DNA of 64,000 nt from Actinomycetes bacterium (lineage in GTDB: Bacteria > Actinomycetota > Acidimicrobiia > Acidimicrobiales > Bog-793). A program made the translations under genes and the position numbers. The notes beneath the pieces were generated by a model. That model searched no databases, was not told where the DNA came from, and worked only from the letters and a program-made list of their open reading frames with translations. Positions 19,782-28,314 of the stretch are shown here, piece by piece; within the stretch, counting starts at the first letter, position 1, and each line of letters opens with the position of its first letter. The stretch spans positions 136,796-200,795 of the forward strand of contig JAKBPI010000001.1 of the NCBI GenBank assembly GCA_021829645.1, written 5' to 3'.

Positions 19782-20200
19782 AGGTTATGCTGCAAGAGGG
19801 TTCGTTACTAGTGGGCATGCTAAAGTCTTGCTGGCAACACCGGATCGTCAAATACAAGAGTGTTTAGCTAAAGAAGCAGTGGAATTAAAACTGTCAGTAC
19901 GTAGTTTGGAAGAGGCAGTCAGACGCCTGACCACCACAGCAGATGAATCCGAATTACCCGGTGGCAGCCAAGCTCTAATTCAAAACAGAGCAGATTTAGA
20001 AAATACTGCTGTTACGAATCCTTTTAATACAGAAGCCCAACGTTTAGGAAACGTTACCTCTAAGGCCCCCGGGATTTTTAGAAGACTTATTGAGTGAACA
20101 TCTCGACACCAGAGTAAAAGTTGAAATGGGCTCCAAGCACGGCAAAATTGTTATTGATTTTGCTACTCTTGAAGACTTGGAGCGTATTTATAAAGCAATG
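19782..20200 (+). pseudogene. Inverted, frameshifted duplicate of the 3' half of parB
   Basis: Track ORF 19771-20097 translates to ...TSGHAKVLLATPDRQIQECLAKEAVELKLSVRSLEEAVRRLTTTADESELPG..., nearly identical to ParB residues about 172-318. After an 8-bp deletion the homology continues out of frame to ...LEDLERIYKAM at 20200. Confidence 0.9.
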
Positions 20201-20303
20201 TACATCTCAAAGGTTGGTGGATTTAAAAACCGAAACTGACGTGTCAACAAGCAGCGCTTTTGAAACGGACTCAGAATAAATATATTTACCAACGGATAAC
20301 GAT

Positions 20304-20927
20304 TTAAAATATTGGTCTTTTAGTGGGAATACCGACACGCCTAGGGTATTCATCAGGGCAAAGGTTTATCATTCGCAATTTAACAAAAGTGTGTGTACTC
20401 TTAATGGATTGCTCAGGCACTAAGGATACTTTGGCACAACCGGTCTTTGGCCAGCGTATGGCAATGTCACTCTCTGGTGGCTCAGAAACTATCAAGACCC
20501 CATCTTTTTGCAAAAACGGGGCTCCGCACTCGGCCGTAATGGGAGGTTGAGCGAAACTTCTCGCCACCACTGTTGAAAAAGCACCTCTTAATAAAGAACT
20601 TCTGCCGGCGACTTCTGCTCTTTCACATATCACTTCGACGCGATGATCTAATTCTAAAGTTGTTACCGTTTTTTTGAGAAATGCACATCTTTTTACGCTT
20701 GCATCTAAAAGCGATATCCGGGCATCTGGCAGCGCTAGAGCAAGAAAAAGCCCGGGAATTCCACCCCCTGTGCCCAAATCTAAAATATCCTTTGGGGTAG
20801 GCTTGCTTTCTTCGATAATATCCAAGAAACCGGCACTATGACGCAGGTGGGCTTCAATCGGCCCAGGACCCAAAAATCCCAGTTGTTGGGATTCAGATAA
20901 AACTGAAATTAGCTTGGAACTATCCAT
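20304..20927 (-). CDS. rsmG: 16S rRNA (guanine527-N7)-methyltransferase RsmG (GidB)
   Basis: SAM motif ILDLGTGGGIPGL; 207 aa; located in the parA-rsmG-jag synteny. Confidence 0.9.
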   Translation of the reverse strand: MDSSKLISVLSESQQLGFLGPGPIEAHLRHSAGFLDIIEESKPTPKDILDLGTGGGIPGLFLALALPDARISLLDASVKRCAFLKKTVTTLELDHRVEVICERAEVAGRSSLLRGAFSTVVARSFAQPPITAECGAPFLQKDGVLIVSEPPESDIAIRWPKTGCAKVSLVPEQSIKSTHTFVKLRMINLCPDEYPRRVGIPTKRPIF

Positions 20928-20941
20928 GTTCCGAAAAGTTG

Positions 20942-21967
20942 TTATTTGGAAAACACCTCTGAATCAACAGCATCTGTTGCTTTGTATACAACAACACGGC
21001 GTCTTGGTTCAAATCCTTCTGACCTTGTTTTGAGTCCCTCTATAGAGGAAATTGTGTCATGGACCACTTTCCTATCAGGTGAGTTCATGGGCTCTAATTT
21101 TTTGGTTACCCCTGTCTCGATAACCTCTTGACCTATTTTTTGTACAAATGTTGCCAGGGCGTTTGCTCTTTTTTGCCTGTAACGCGATACGTCAATAATT
21201 AATTTGGTTCTTTCCTCGATCCCCTCATTGCGTTGTATGATGGTCCTGGTAATTTCTTGAATAGCATCCAATGTAGAGCCTTTTGGACCCACTAAAATAC
21301 CCAATTCCGGTCCGTCTATATTTATTAGTATTTGCGGACTATTGATCGAGACTTCGACTTTCGCGTCAAAGTCAAACTTAGTCAATAATTCCTGAAGAAA
21401 ACTGGTGGCTAGTTTAGCTTTCTCTTCTATATCCATATCATTTACCTCTTTCTGAAGAGTATTGCTTGCTTCTACTACTGGTTTGGCATCTGTTTTATAC
21501 CTTTGTGGTCTACTTGTCTGAGAAGCAGTAGTAGGCTTATTCGGCTTAGCTGTTTCGTTGTTTAGTGATTCTACGGTATTTGTTTGGTTGCTTCTATACT
21601 TCTTTTGTCTATTAAACTGAGTGCTTTTGTCTTTTGCTGTTTCACCTGTTGGGTTATTTGCAGAATTAGCACTTTTTTGTTGATTGGCAAGTGTTTGATT
21701 ACCTGATTGTGATGCTGTGTTTTTATAAGGTCTTCTTTCGTCTCTATTGGCGTAAGAGTTCCTTTTTTTATACTGCTTCTTCTGGGGAAGGGATTGCGGT
21801 TTGATACGCACTCTCACTCTGGCTTGCTTTGATGCAATACCAAAAATACCCTTTTTTGCAGAAGATACTATAACAACTTCGGCATCTCTATACTCTATAC
21901 CAAGCGCTTCCAGCGCTTCCTGTATAGCTAATTCATCAGTTACACCGGTAGTCTCTACCCATTCCAC
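20942..21967 (-). CDS. jag: Jag/KhpB RNA-binding protein (Jag_N, KH, R3H) with a long disordered insert
   Basis: N-terminal Jag_N (GVTDELAIQEALEALG), C-terminal KH (GILVGPKGSTLDAIQ) and R3H (MNSPDRKVVHDTI). A linker of about 120 aa rich in K/Q/N/S/T lies between them. Confidence 0.8.
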   Translation of the reverse strand: MEWVETTGVTDELAIQEALEALGIEYRDAEVVIVSSAKKGIFGIASKQARVRVRIKPQSLPQKKQYKKRNSYANRDERRPYKNTASQSGNQTLANQQKSANSANNPTGETAKDKSTQFNRQKKYRSNQTNTVESLNNETAKPNKPTTASQTSRPQRYKTDAKPVVEASNTLQKEVNDMDIEEKAKLATSFLQELLTKFDFDAKVEVSINSPQILINIDGPELGILVGPKGSTLDAIQEITRTIIQRNEGIEERTKLIIDVSRYRQKRANALATFVQKIGQEVIETGVTKKLEPMNSPDRKVVHDTISSIEGLKTRSEGFEPRRRVVVYKATDAVDSEVFSK

Positions 21968-21971
21968 TTAT

Positions 21972-23030
21972 CTACCGCCTTTTCTTGGAGGATCTGTTTG
22001 AGGTTTTGTTTTTCTGTAAACTTCCTTTAGGTGGCGTATATCCTTTGGAAGAAGTGTTTGTCTTTGAGACTTCATTTGAAGCTAAAGAGGATCTGTCTGA
22101 AACCGCCTCTAGTAACGCTCGAAAACCTTTTGGTTTGTCTTCGCCTACAAGGCTTTTCGTTTTCGCATGATCTTCTGCTTGTAGTTTTAATTTGGCAAAA
22201 GACTCTTTTATATGCGGGTCGTGTCTGTACATATACTCTTGTTGAAGCACCCTAAAAAGGCTGGACACAATAAAATATATACTTACACCGGCCGGGAGTT
22301 CTATGTAAAGTATGGCATAGACTAAAGGAAATATTTTTTGCATTGACTGCATTTGCTTCATTTGAGGGTTAGCCTGTGCCATAACGTTGCGCCCACTCAT
22401 CTGTTTTATTTGAATATATTGCAAAATAATAGCAATAATTATCAATATAATATAAGGAGTTCTTGCTCCCCATGAGTGAAATGAACGAATAGATGCCGCT
22501 AAGTTAAGCCCAAAAGAGGGCAAAGACCCATGAGCAGCAATAATAGCGTGATACATTTTGGAGGTATGAGAAATGTAGTCCGGAGAAGGCACAATAAGTT
22601 TTTTTCCGTGCTTAATCACAGTTTTGGTAGCCGTAAGACCTCGTATGGTGTCATAAAGTATAATAAAGATAGGTATCTGTAGCAGCATAGGGAGGCAGCC
22701 GCCGGTGGGACTGACGTTATTTTCTTTGTAGAACGCCATCATCTCCTGGTTTTGGCGTTGTCTGATATCCTGCTTTTCTGCAACCGTAGCATTGGGTGGC
22801 ACTTTATAACGACTTTGTAATTTCTTTAACTCCGGTGACAGGAGTTGCATACGCATCATTGATCTGGTGCTGCGGCGTGTAATAGGGAAGGTAACAACCA
22901 TGGTTACCAAAGTCAGTAGCCCTATAGCAACGGCATAATTTGGAATAAGTGCGTAAAACTCAGCTACCAGCCAAGCAAATCCGTCAAATATGGGCTTAAA
23001 AATTTGACCGAGTGTTGATGCTAAAACCAC
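21972..23030 (-). CDS. yidC: Membrane protein insertase YidC
   Basis: Polytopic protein with the conserved GGCLPMLLQIPIFI segment and a basic C-terminal tail. It lies in the yidD-yidC-jag order. Confidence 0.9.
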   Translation of the reverse strand: MVLASTLGQIFKPIFDGFAWLVAEFYALIPNYAVAIGLLTLVTMVVTFPITRRSTRSMMRMQLLSPELKKLQSRYKVPPNATVAEKQDIRQRQNQEMMAFYKENNVSPTGGCLPMLLQIPIFIILYDTIRGLTATKTVIKHGKKLIVPSPDYISHTSKMYHAIIAAHGSLPSFGLNLAASIRSFHSWGARTPYIILIIIAIILQYIQIKQMSGRNVMAQANPQMKQMQSMQKIFPLVYAILYIELPAGVSIYFIVSSLFRVLQQEYMYRHDPHIKESFAKLKLQAEDHAKTKSLVGEDKPKGFRALLEAVSDRSSLASNEVSKTNTSSKGYTPPKGSLQKNKTSNRSSKKRR

Positions 23031-23056
23031 AGGAGGTCCTTTTTATCTTAGTAACG

Positions 23057-23347
23057 TTATAAGTGCTTTACTTTATACGTTTGTTTGTTAAACATTTTTT
23101 TATGAGATTTTTTTGAATCAAGTTCTTCCTTGGTAGGTATTGGGTCAACGCCAAATCCACCATGGGGACGGCACCGGAATATTCTTTTTGCTCCGAGTAC
23201 AATCCCTGTATACGCACCATGTTCAGTTATGGCCTCTGCCATATATTCTGAACAGGAAGGTGTAAAGCGACATGGAGACAATTTTCCTTGCCTGGATACT
23301 TGGTAGACCTTAATTAGCGCCAAAGCTACTTTTTGGGTAAATCTCAC
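23057..23347 (-). CDS. yidD: Membrane protein insertion efficiency factor YidD
   Basis: LIKVYQVSRQGKLSPCRFTPSCSEYMAEAI and HGGFGVDP motifs; it overlaps the rnpA stop. Confidence 0.9.
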   Translation of the reverse strand: MRFTQKVALALIKVYQVSRQGKLSPCRFTPSCSEYMAEAITEHGAYTGIVLGAKRIFRCRPHGGFGVDPIPTKEELDSKKSHKKMFNKQTYKVKHL

Positions 23348-23772
23348 TTTAAACTCGTTTTTTGCATTTTTAAAACTTCACTTTGTACAGCTGTGAGTAA
23401 ATCTTGGTAATTCAATTTAGCAGCATTTGGTTTCATTATTATTAGATAGTCGCCAGGTATCATAAAAGGGGATATTTCTTTAGCAATTTCCCTTAGTCTT
23501 CTTTTACAAAGATTCCTTTTTACCGCATTGCCATACTTTTTATTTACCGCAAATGCTGTTCTTATGTTTTTTTCTGAGGCATCTTGCTGATAAAACAGCA
23601 CTGTAATATACTTACTGGATTTTTTGAGCCCAAATTTATATAAGTTGATAAACGAGTTACGCCCTTTTACCGCTAATGTTTTTTTAGGCTGAAATATTTG
23701 TTCTTCCGCGTCTTCTTCTGGCTGCAAGGATTTCTCTGCCTGCTCGTGTGGCCATTCTATGTCTGAAACCAT
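23344..23772 (-). CDS. rnpA: RNase P protein component
   Basis: Conserved core [10 protein letters not shown]...[22 protein letters not shown]. The only in-frame canonical starts upstream of the conserved N-terminus are ATG 23772 and TTG 23727, and both lie inside rpmH. Confidence 0.8.
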   Translation of the reverse strand: MVSDIEWPHEQAEKSLQPEEDAEEQIFQPKKTLAVKGRNSFINLYKFGLKKSSKYITVLFYQQDASEKNIRTAFAVNKKYGNAVKRNLCKRRLREIAKEISPFMIPGDYLIIMKPNAAKLNYQDLLTAVQSEVLKMQKTSLK

Positions 23773-23818
23773 GTTTTTTTGAGCGTTTTCTCTGATTTGG
23801 TTGGTATGTCCGCTTCAC
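23684..23818 (-). CDS. rpmH: 50S ribosomal protein L34 (absent from the ORF track because it is under 60 aa)
   Basis: The reverse strand reads GTG AAG CGG ACA TAC CAA..., giving (M)[50 protein letters not shown] sits 6 nt upstream. The position is the expected one, divergent from dnaA. Confidence 0.9.
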   Translation of the reverse strand: MKRTYQPNQRKRSKKHGFRHRMATRAGREILAARRRRGRTNISA

Positions 23819-23986
23819 AACTTCTCCTTAAGTATTAAAATAGGCTTTTAAAAAATACCACCTATAGAATAGCTTGTTTTGCCAGATATGAAAGTTCAAG
23901 AAGGAATTACTTAATGATTAAATACTATACGTAGCCCTTCGAACGCACATATTATAAGAAAGTGTTTTATGTGTTTTATCTGCAAT

Positions 23987-24019
23987 TTGTCCACAAGTTG
24001 TGGATTGAGCTGTGGACAA
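23987..24019. promoter_or_regulatory. Three DnaA boxes immediately upstream of dnaA
   Basis: TTGTCCACA (23987-95), TTGTGGATT (23998-24006, the reverse complement of AATCCACAA) and TGTGGACAA (24011-19, the reverse complement of TTGTCCACA). They end 20 bp before the dnaA start. Confidence 0.7.
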
Positions 24020-24038
24020 AAAATGAAAGGCTGCAAAA

Positions 24039-25430
24039 GTGATAGACCCCCAGCAGCTCTGGAGTGAGTGCTCAAAAGTAATTAAAACACAGGTATCGGA
24101 AGCCACGTGGAAGACTTGGTTTTCATCAATAATACCTGTTGAAGTGGTAGAGAGTACTTTTGTGCTCTCCGTACCAAATGATTTAGTAAAAGGACGACTT
24201 CAGAGTAGATTTAACGGCATCCTGGCTGAATGTGTATCTGAAATACTAGGGAGTTCGTTTGAGGTGGAACTCCATATTTCACCATCCAATACACATAGCC
24301 AGCAAAGTCTTCTTGGCGAGGATGATTTTTTCAATGTCGAATATCAAAAAAAAGAAACTCAAAATAATGGTTTGGGACCTAAAAAGAACTCTGACAGTAA
24401 CGTTACGGCGTTCGATTACAGGCAGAGTAAATACAGTTTTGAAACTTTCGTAATAGGTCAGTCTAATAGGTTCGCCCATGCCGCAGCGCTTTCTGTTGCC
24501 GAAACACCCGGAAGGGCTTATAACCCTCTCTTTATTATAGGTGACGTGGGGTTAGGAAAAACACATCTTCTGCAAGCCATCAGGAACTATACAAACGAAC
24601 ACTTTAGTAAAATGAGTGTTTTATATATTTCTGCAGAAACCTTTATGAATGAGTTTATTGACGCTATAAGAAACAACTCCACTAACTCATTCAAAAAAAA
24701 ATATAGAGCCTGTGATGTGCTACTTATTGATGACATTCAATTTATTGAGGGCAAAGAATCTCTGCAAGAAGAATTTTTCCACACATTTAATTCACTCTAT
24801 GAAGCCTCTAAACAGGTTGTATTGACTTCAGACAGACCGCCGGGATCTATGAAAACTTTGGAAAGCAGACTTAGAAGCAGGTTTTTATCCGGGTTAATTG
24901 CAGATATTCAACCACCTGAATTTGAGACTAGACTTGCTATTTTACGTACAAAATCCGAGCATGAGCACTTAAATATCCCTGATGAAGTACTTGAATTTAT
25001 AGCTGAAAACGTAAAGCACAATATTAGGGAATTAGAAGGGGCTCTCATTAGAGTACACGCTTACGCTTCTCTCAATAAGTTACCTTTGAATAAAAGCTTA
25101 GCTGAGGAAATTCTCTCCGATATAAAACGTCAACCAAAAGGAATTACTGTAAAAGATATTGTGAGCATCACGGCCAAAAAATTTGACTTTACAGAAGAAG
25201 AGATACGAGGCCCTTCCCGTCAAAAAGCTATTGTTTTAGCACGTCAGATAGCTATGTACGTCATTAGAGAGCTTACTGATTTTAGTTATCCGTCAATAGC
25301 TAAGGAATTTGGTGGAAGAGATCATACGACAGTAATGCATGCTGTTGATAGGATCTCTAAAATTATGAGTGAGCAAAAAAATATTTACGATTTGGTTACA
25401 GAATTAATTACAAAAATAAAAGAAGAGTAG
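24039..25430 (+). CDS. dnaA: Chromosomal replication initiator DnaA
   Basis: Walker A GDVGLGKTHLL, Walker B LLIDDIQF, IRELEGAL, and the C-terminal DNA-binding motif GRDHTTVMHA; GTG start. Confidence 0.97.
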   Translation: MIDPQQLWSECSKVIKTQVSEATWKTWFSSIIPVEVVESTFVLSVPNDLVKGRLQSRFNGILAECVSEILGSSFEVELHISPSNTHSQQSLLGEDDFFNVEYQKKETQNNGLGPKKNSDSNVTAFDYRQSKYSFETFVIGQSNRFAHAAALSVAETPGRAYNPLFIIGDVGLGKTHLLQAIRNYTNEHFSKMSVLYISAETFMNEFIDAIRNNSTNSFKKKYRACDVLLIDDIQFIEGKESLQEEFFHTFNSLYEASKQVVLTSDRPPGSMKTLESRLRSRFLSGLIADIQPPEFETRLAILRTKSEHEHLNIPDEVLEFIAENVKHNIRELEGALIRVHAYASLNKLPLNKSLAEEILSDIKRQPKGITVKDIVSITAKKFDFTEEEIRGPSRQKAIVLARQIAMYVIRELTDFSYPSIAKEFGGRDHTTVMHAVDRISKIMSEQKNIYDLVTELITKIKEE

Positions 25431-25664
25431 TTTTATGTGGATAGCTTGTTGGTAAGTTTGTGTTTAGCTTGTTGATTTTTTGTTGAAAACCAAGCAAGCT
25501 AAAAAAACCAAAAGTGTAGTTTTTGAACGTTGTGGAAATATAAAAATTGCTGTGGATTAAATAATGGGTAATAACTAGGAATTTATATTTGAAATTCACA
25601 ATTCACAAAGACTACTATTATTATGTTTTAAATAAAAAATATTTTAAGAATAGGTGGATAACAA
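25431..25664. other. Probable oriC (dnaA-dnaN intergenic region)
   Basis: DnaA-box-like 9-mers: TGTGGATAG (25436-44), TGTGGAAAT (25531-39), TGTGGATTA (25551-59) and GGTGGATAA (25653-61). A very AT-rich stretch spans 25561-25650, including the trinucleotide-periodic ACTACTATTATTAT (25611-24). Confidence 0.7.
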
Positions 25665-26780
25665 TTGAAATTCACAACAGAGAGAGATTCAATAGTAGAA
25701 GCTTTGAATGGACCGGTAAGAGCTGCTACTTCAAAAGGAACCTCTTATAACATTCCAAGTCTAAAACTAAAACTAAAAAATAATAACTTAGAAATAATAG
25801 GTTCCGATCCGGACTTAGTGATATCAACCAGAACTGATGTGCATGGGGAGCAAGACGGAGATATGATTGTTCCGGCGAAGCTCTTCCAAGATATTGTAAG
25901 AGCTCTCGATCAGGGTGCGGTTCATGTCTTATCTAACGACGAAGAGATCACCATTACTTCCGGAAAAGCAGAATTTAAAGTTCGCGAACCTGTAGGCGGG
26001 GAATTAACGCTTTTCACAAAAGCAACCGGTGATGGTTCATTACTACCAACAAAAATTTTGGCAGAATCTCTAAACCAGGTAGTGAGAGCCGCTCTTACTG
26101 ACAATTCAAGGGCTCCGCAACTCTCGGCTGTTCTCTTTGCTACTACTGAAGACGGAATAAGAATGGTAGCTACAGACTCATATCGCTTAGCATATAAAGA
26201 CATTAAAGGTATATCAATTAAAGAAGATACGGAAGATGTTCTAATACCTGCTAAAACATTAGAAGAGCTACAAAAGATTATTTTGGCGAACCAAAATGAA
26301 AAAGAAATAAATTTCTCATATAGCGACACAGACGCTGTTTTCAATATTGGGGATTCAAAACTGGCTACCAGGCTTATAAAAGGTCCTTTTCCCGATTATC
26401 AAAGATTACTACCGAATAGTTACGAGAACTACGCCATTATTGAAAAAGAACCGTTCATCAATGTAATAAACAGAATAAAGCTGCTTATTAGAGATTCAAA
26501 AGACGCTTCGTCACCGGTCAAGTTGAATTTTTCTTCTTCTCATGTTGAGGTAAGTGTAAGCACACCGGAGAGTGGAAGTGCTGTTGAGATAATTGAAGCA
26601 GAATACTCAGGTGAAGAAACACAAGTGGCTTTTAATCCCAATTACTTACTTGATGGAGTAAAAGCGATTAATTCAGAGAATATAGTCATTAATATAATTG
26701 ACAGTTCCAAACCTGCAACTATAGAGCCAGAAGACGAAAAAGATTACCATTACTTATTAATGCCGGTGAGAATATCCTGA
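25665..26780 (+). CDS. dnaN: DNA polymerase III beta sliding clamp
   Basis: 371 aa with a TTG start. MKFTTERDSIVEAL..., ATDSYRLA and the C-terminal YLLMPVRI are typical DnaN. Confidence 0.95.
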   Translation: MKFTTERDSIVEALNGPVRAATSKGTSYNIPSLKLKLKNNNLEIIGSDPDLVISTRTDVHGEQDGDMIVPAKLFQDIVRALDQGAVHVLSNDEEITITSGKAEFKVREPVGGELTLFTKATGDGSLLPTKILAESLNQVVRAALTDNSRAPQLSAVLFATTEDGIRMVATDSYRLAYKDIKGISIKEDTEDVLIPAKTLEELQKIILANQNEKEINFSYSDTDAVFNIGDSKLATRLIKGPFPDYQRLLPNSYENYAIIEKEPFINVINRIKLLIRDSKDASSPVKLNFSSSHVEVSVSTPESGSAVEIIEAEYSGEETQVAFNPNYLLDGVKAINSENIVINIIDSSKPATIEPEDEKDYHYLLMPVRIS

Positions 26781-27853
26781 GTGTAATAAAAGATATTGAA
26801 GTAAGTAACTTTAGGAATATCCTAAATACAAAATTTACACCTGCTGAAAAAGGTGTAACTTTGTTAATAGGTCCTAATGGTTCTGGAAAAACATCAATCC
26901 TTGAAGCTATTGCGTACTCTTCTGTTTTAAAGTCAATTAAAAATGATTCTAAAAACTCAATTATTAAAAATGATAAAGATTTATCAAAAATAAAAACAAA
27001 CATTATAAACAATGGAAGAAACTCTACAATAGACATAACACTAAGCAAGCTAAATAGAGATACTGTATTTATTAATGATGTAAAAGCAAGTAAATCTTCA
27101 CAACTACTAGAAGAATTTACATTCACATTATTTACACCAGAAGATCTCAATTTAATAAAAGGCGGACCAAATCTAAGACGCGATTACTTAGATGAAATAC
27201 TGTCTAATCTATCCACATATAACCTTAATTCTATTAGGCAATTTGAAAAGTCTTTAAGGCAAAGAAATATACTACTCAAACAAATAACATTAAAAAATTA
27301 CATGAATTATATAGATACATTAAATGTATGGGACGAGCAAATTGTAAAATACAGTACAATTTTAGTCAACTTAAGAAAAAACCTAATTAGTGAACTTACT
27401 CCATATATACAAAAAGAGTTTATGAGGATAACAAACATTAAAAGAGATATAAATATAAGTTACATCTCTTCAGTTAAAGACGATATTGTTTTAGAACTAG
27501 CTGATAAAAGAACAGAGGATATAGTAAGGAAAACTACAACAATAGGTGCCCATCGAGATGATATAGAGATCACATTAGGAAGTCTTGATTCAAGAAGACA
27601 ACTTTCACAAGGACAGCAACGTTCTTTAGCAATATCTCTCAAGTTAGCTATGCATCATATACTGATTGATAAAAAAAATAAAATACCGGTCATACTTCTG
27701 GATGATGTCTTTTCAGAATTAGATGAAGAAGTGAGTAATAATCTGCTTGAGCAAATTTACGATTATCAAGCAATAGTAACATCAGCCACCAAACCACTTA
27801 AAAAAATATCTATCGAAAAAGAAGTTAGAATGCTAAACGGCGAATGTGAGTAA
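26777..27853 (+). CDS. recF: DNA replication and repair protein RecF
   Basis: Walker A GPNGSGKTS, signature LSQGQQRSLAISLKLA and Walker B VILLDDVFSELD. The track starts at TTG 26861, but the conserved N-terminus (IKDIEVSNFRNI) is in frame upstream. That implies a CTG (26777) or other non-canonical start overlapping the dnaN stop. Confidence 0.85.
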   Translation: MSVIKDIEVSNFRNILNTKFTPAEKGVTLLIGPNGSGKTSILEAIAYSSVLKSIKNDSKNSIIKNDKDLSKIKTNIINNGRNSTIDITLSKLNRDTVFINDVKASKSSQLLEEFTFTLFTPEDLNLIKGGPNLRRDYLDEILSNLSTYNLNSIRQFEKSLRQRNILLKQITLKNYMNYIDTLNVWDEQIVKYSTILVNLRKNLISELTPYIQKEFMRITNIKRDINISYISSVKDDIVLELADKRTEDIVRKTTTIGAHRDDIEITLGSLDSRRQLSQGQQRSLAISLKLAMHHILIDKKNKIPVILLDDVFSELDEEVSNNLLEQIYDYQAIVTSATKPLKKISIEKEVRMLNGECE

Positions 27854-27885
27854 ATGAGTATTCTTATTGAGTACTTTATTAAAAA

Positions 27886-28257
27886 GTGTATTTTATGATG
27901 GATGAAGAGCACAAAATATATTTTTCATGCCAAGAGTACTTGGAAAAAATAGGTCACCCAGAGTTGATCCTGTTGTCAAAAATTCAGGCAGTTTGGGAAG
28001 AGGTCGTAGGGGAAAATATCAACAAAAACGTCTTCCCTGTAAAAATTATCGAAGACACCTTACTGGTATCGATATCAAATCCTGCTTGGGATACTCAAGT
28101 TAATTTTTTTGCCAAAGATATCTTAAGTAAGCTTCGAAAAAGAATAGACGAATATGGAGTACCGCCAAACACAGCTGCTGACAGTAGAATGTCAGAGCAT
28201 GTCAAAACAGATCAAAGTACTTTTCCTCTCAGAATGAAAACCTTCTTAAAACACTAA
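27886..28257 (+). CDS. dciA: DUF721/DciA-family protein (candidate helicase-operating factor)
   Basis: About 120 aa between recF and gyrB, the position of Rv0004/DciA in mycobacteria. The W..VVGE.I...V.P......L.V.....AW...L pattern matches my memory of DUF721. The true start may be ATG 27895. Confidence 0.6.
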   Translation: MYFMMDEEHKIYFSCQEYLEKIGHPELILLSKIQAVWEEVVGENINKNVFPVKIIEDTLLVSISNPAWDTQVNFFAKDILSKLRKRIDEYGVPPNTAADSRMSEHVKTDQSTFPLRMKTFLKH

Positions 28258-28314
28258 TTTCCAACCGAGAGCGTCTAAAATAAGACTGTATTGAATGATG
28301 TATAGGCGGAGATA

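Noticed and set aside
19771-20097. 108-aa plus-strand ORF that could be read as an independent small gene between parA and rsmG
   Set aside because: Its sequence is the 3' half of parB copied in inverted orientation. The ATG and first codons arise fortuitously from a 1-bp deletion, and an 8-bp deletion ends the frame. I treat it as a pseudogene fragment, not a functional gene.
24095-24112. parS-like sequence GAAGCCACGTGGAAGAC inside dnaA
   Set aside because: It matches only about 11 of 16 positions of the local parS palindrome, with one half-site. It lies in coding sequence and is probably a chance CACGTG core.
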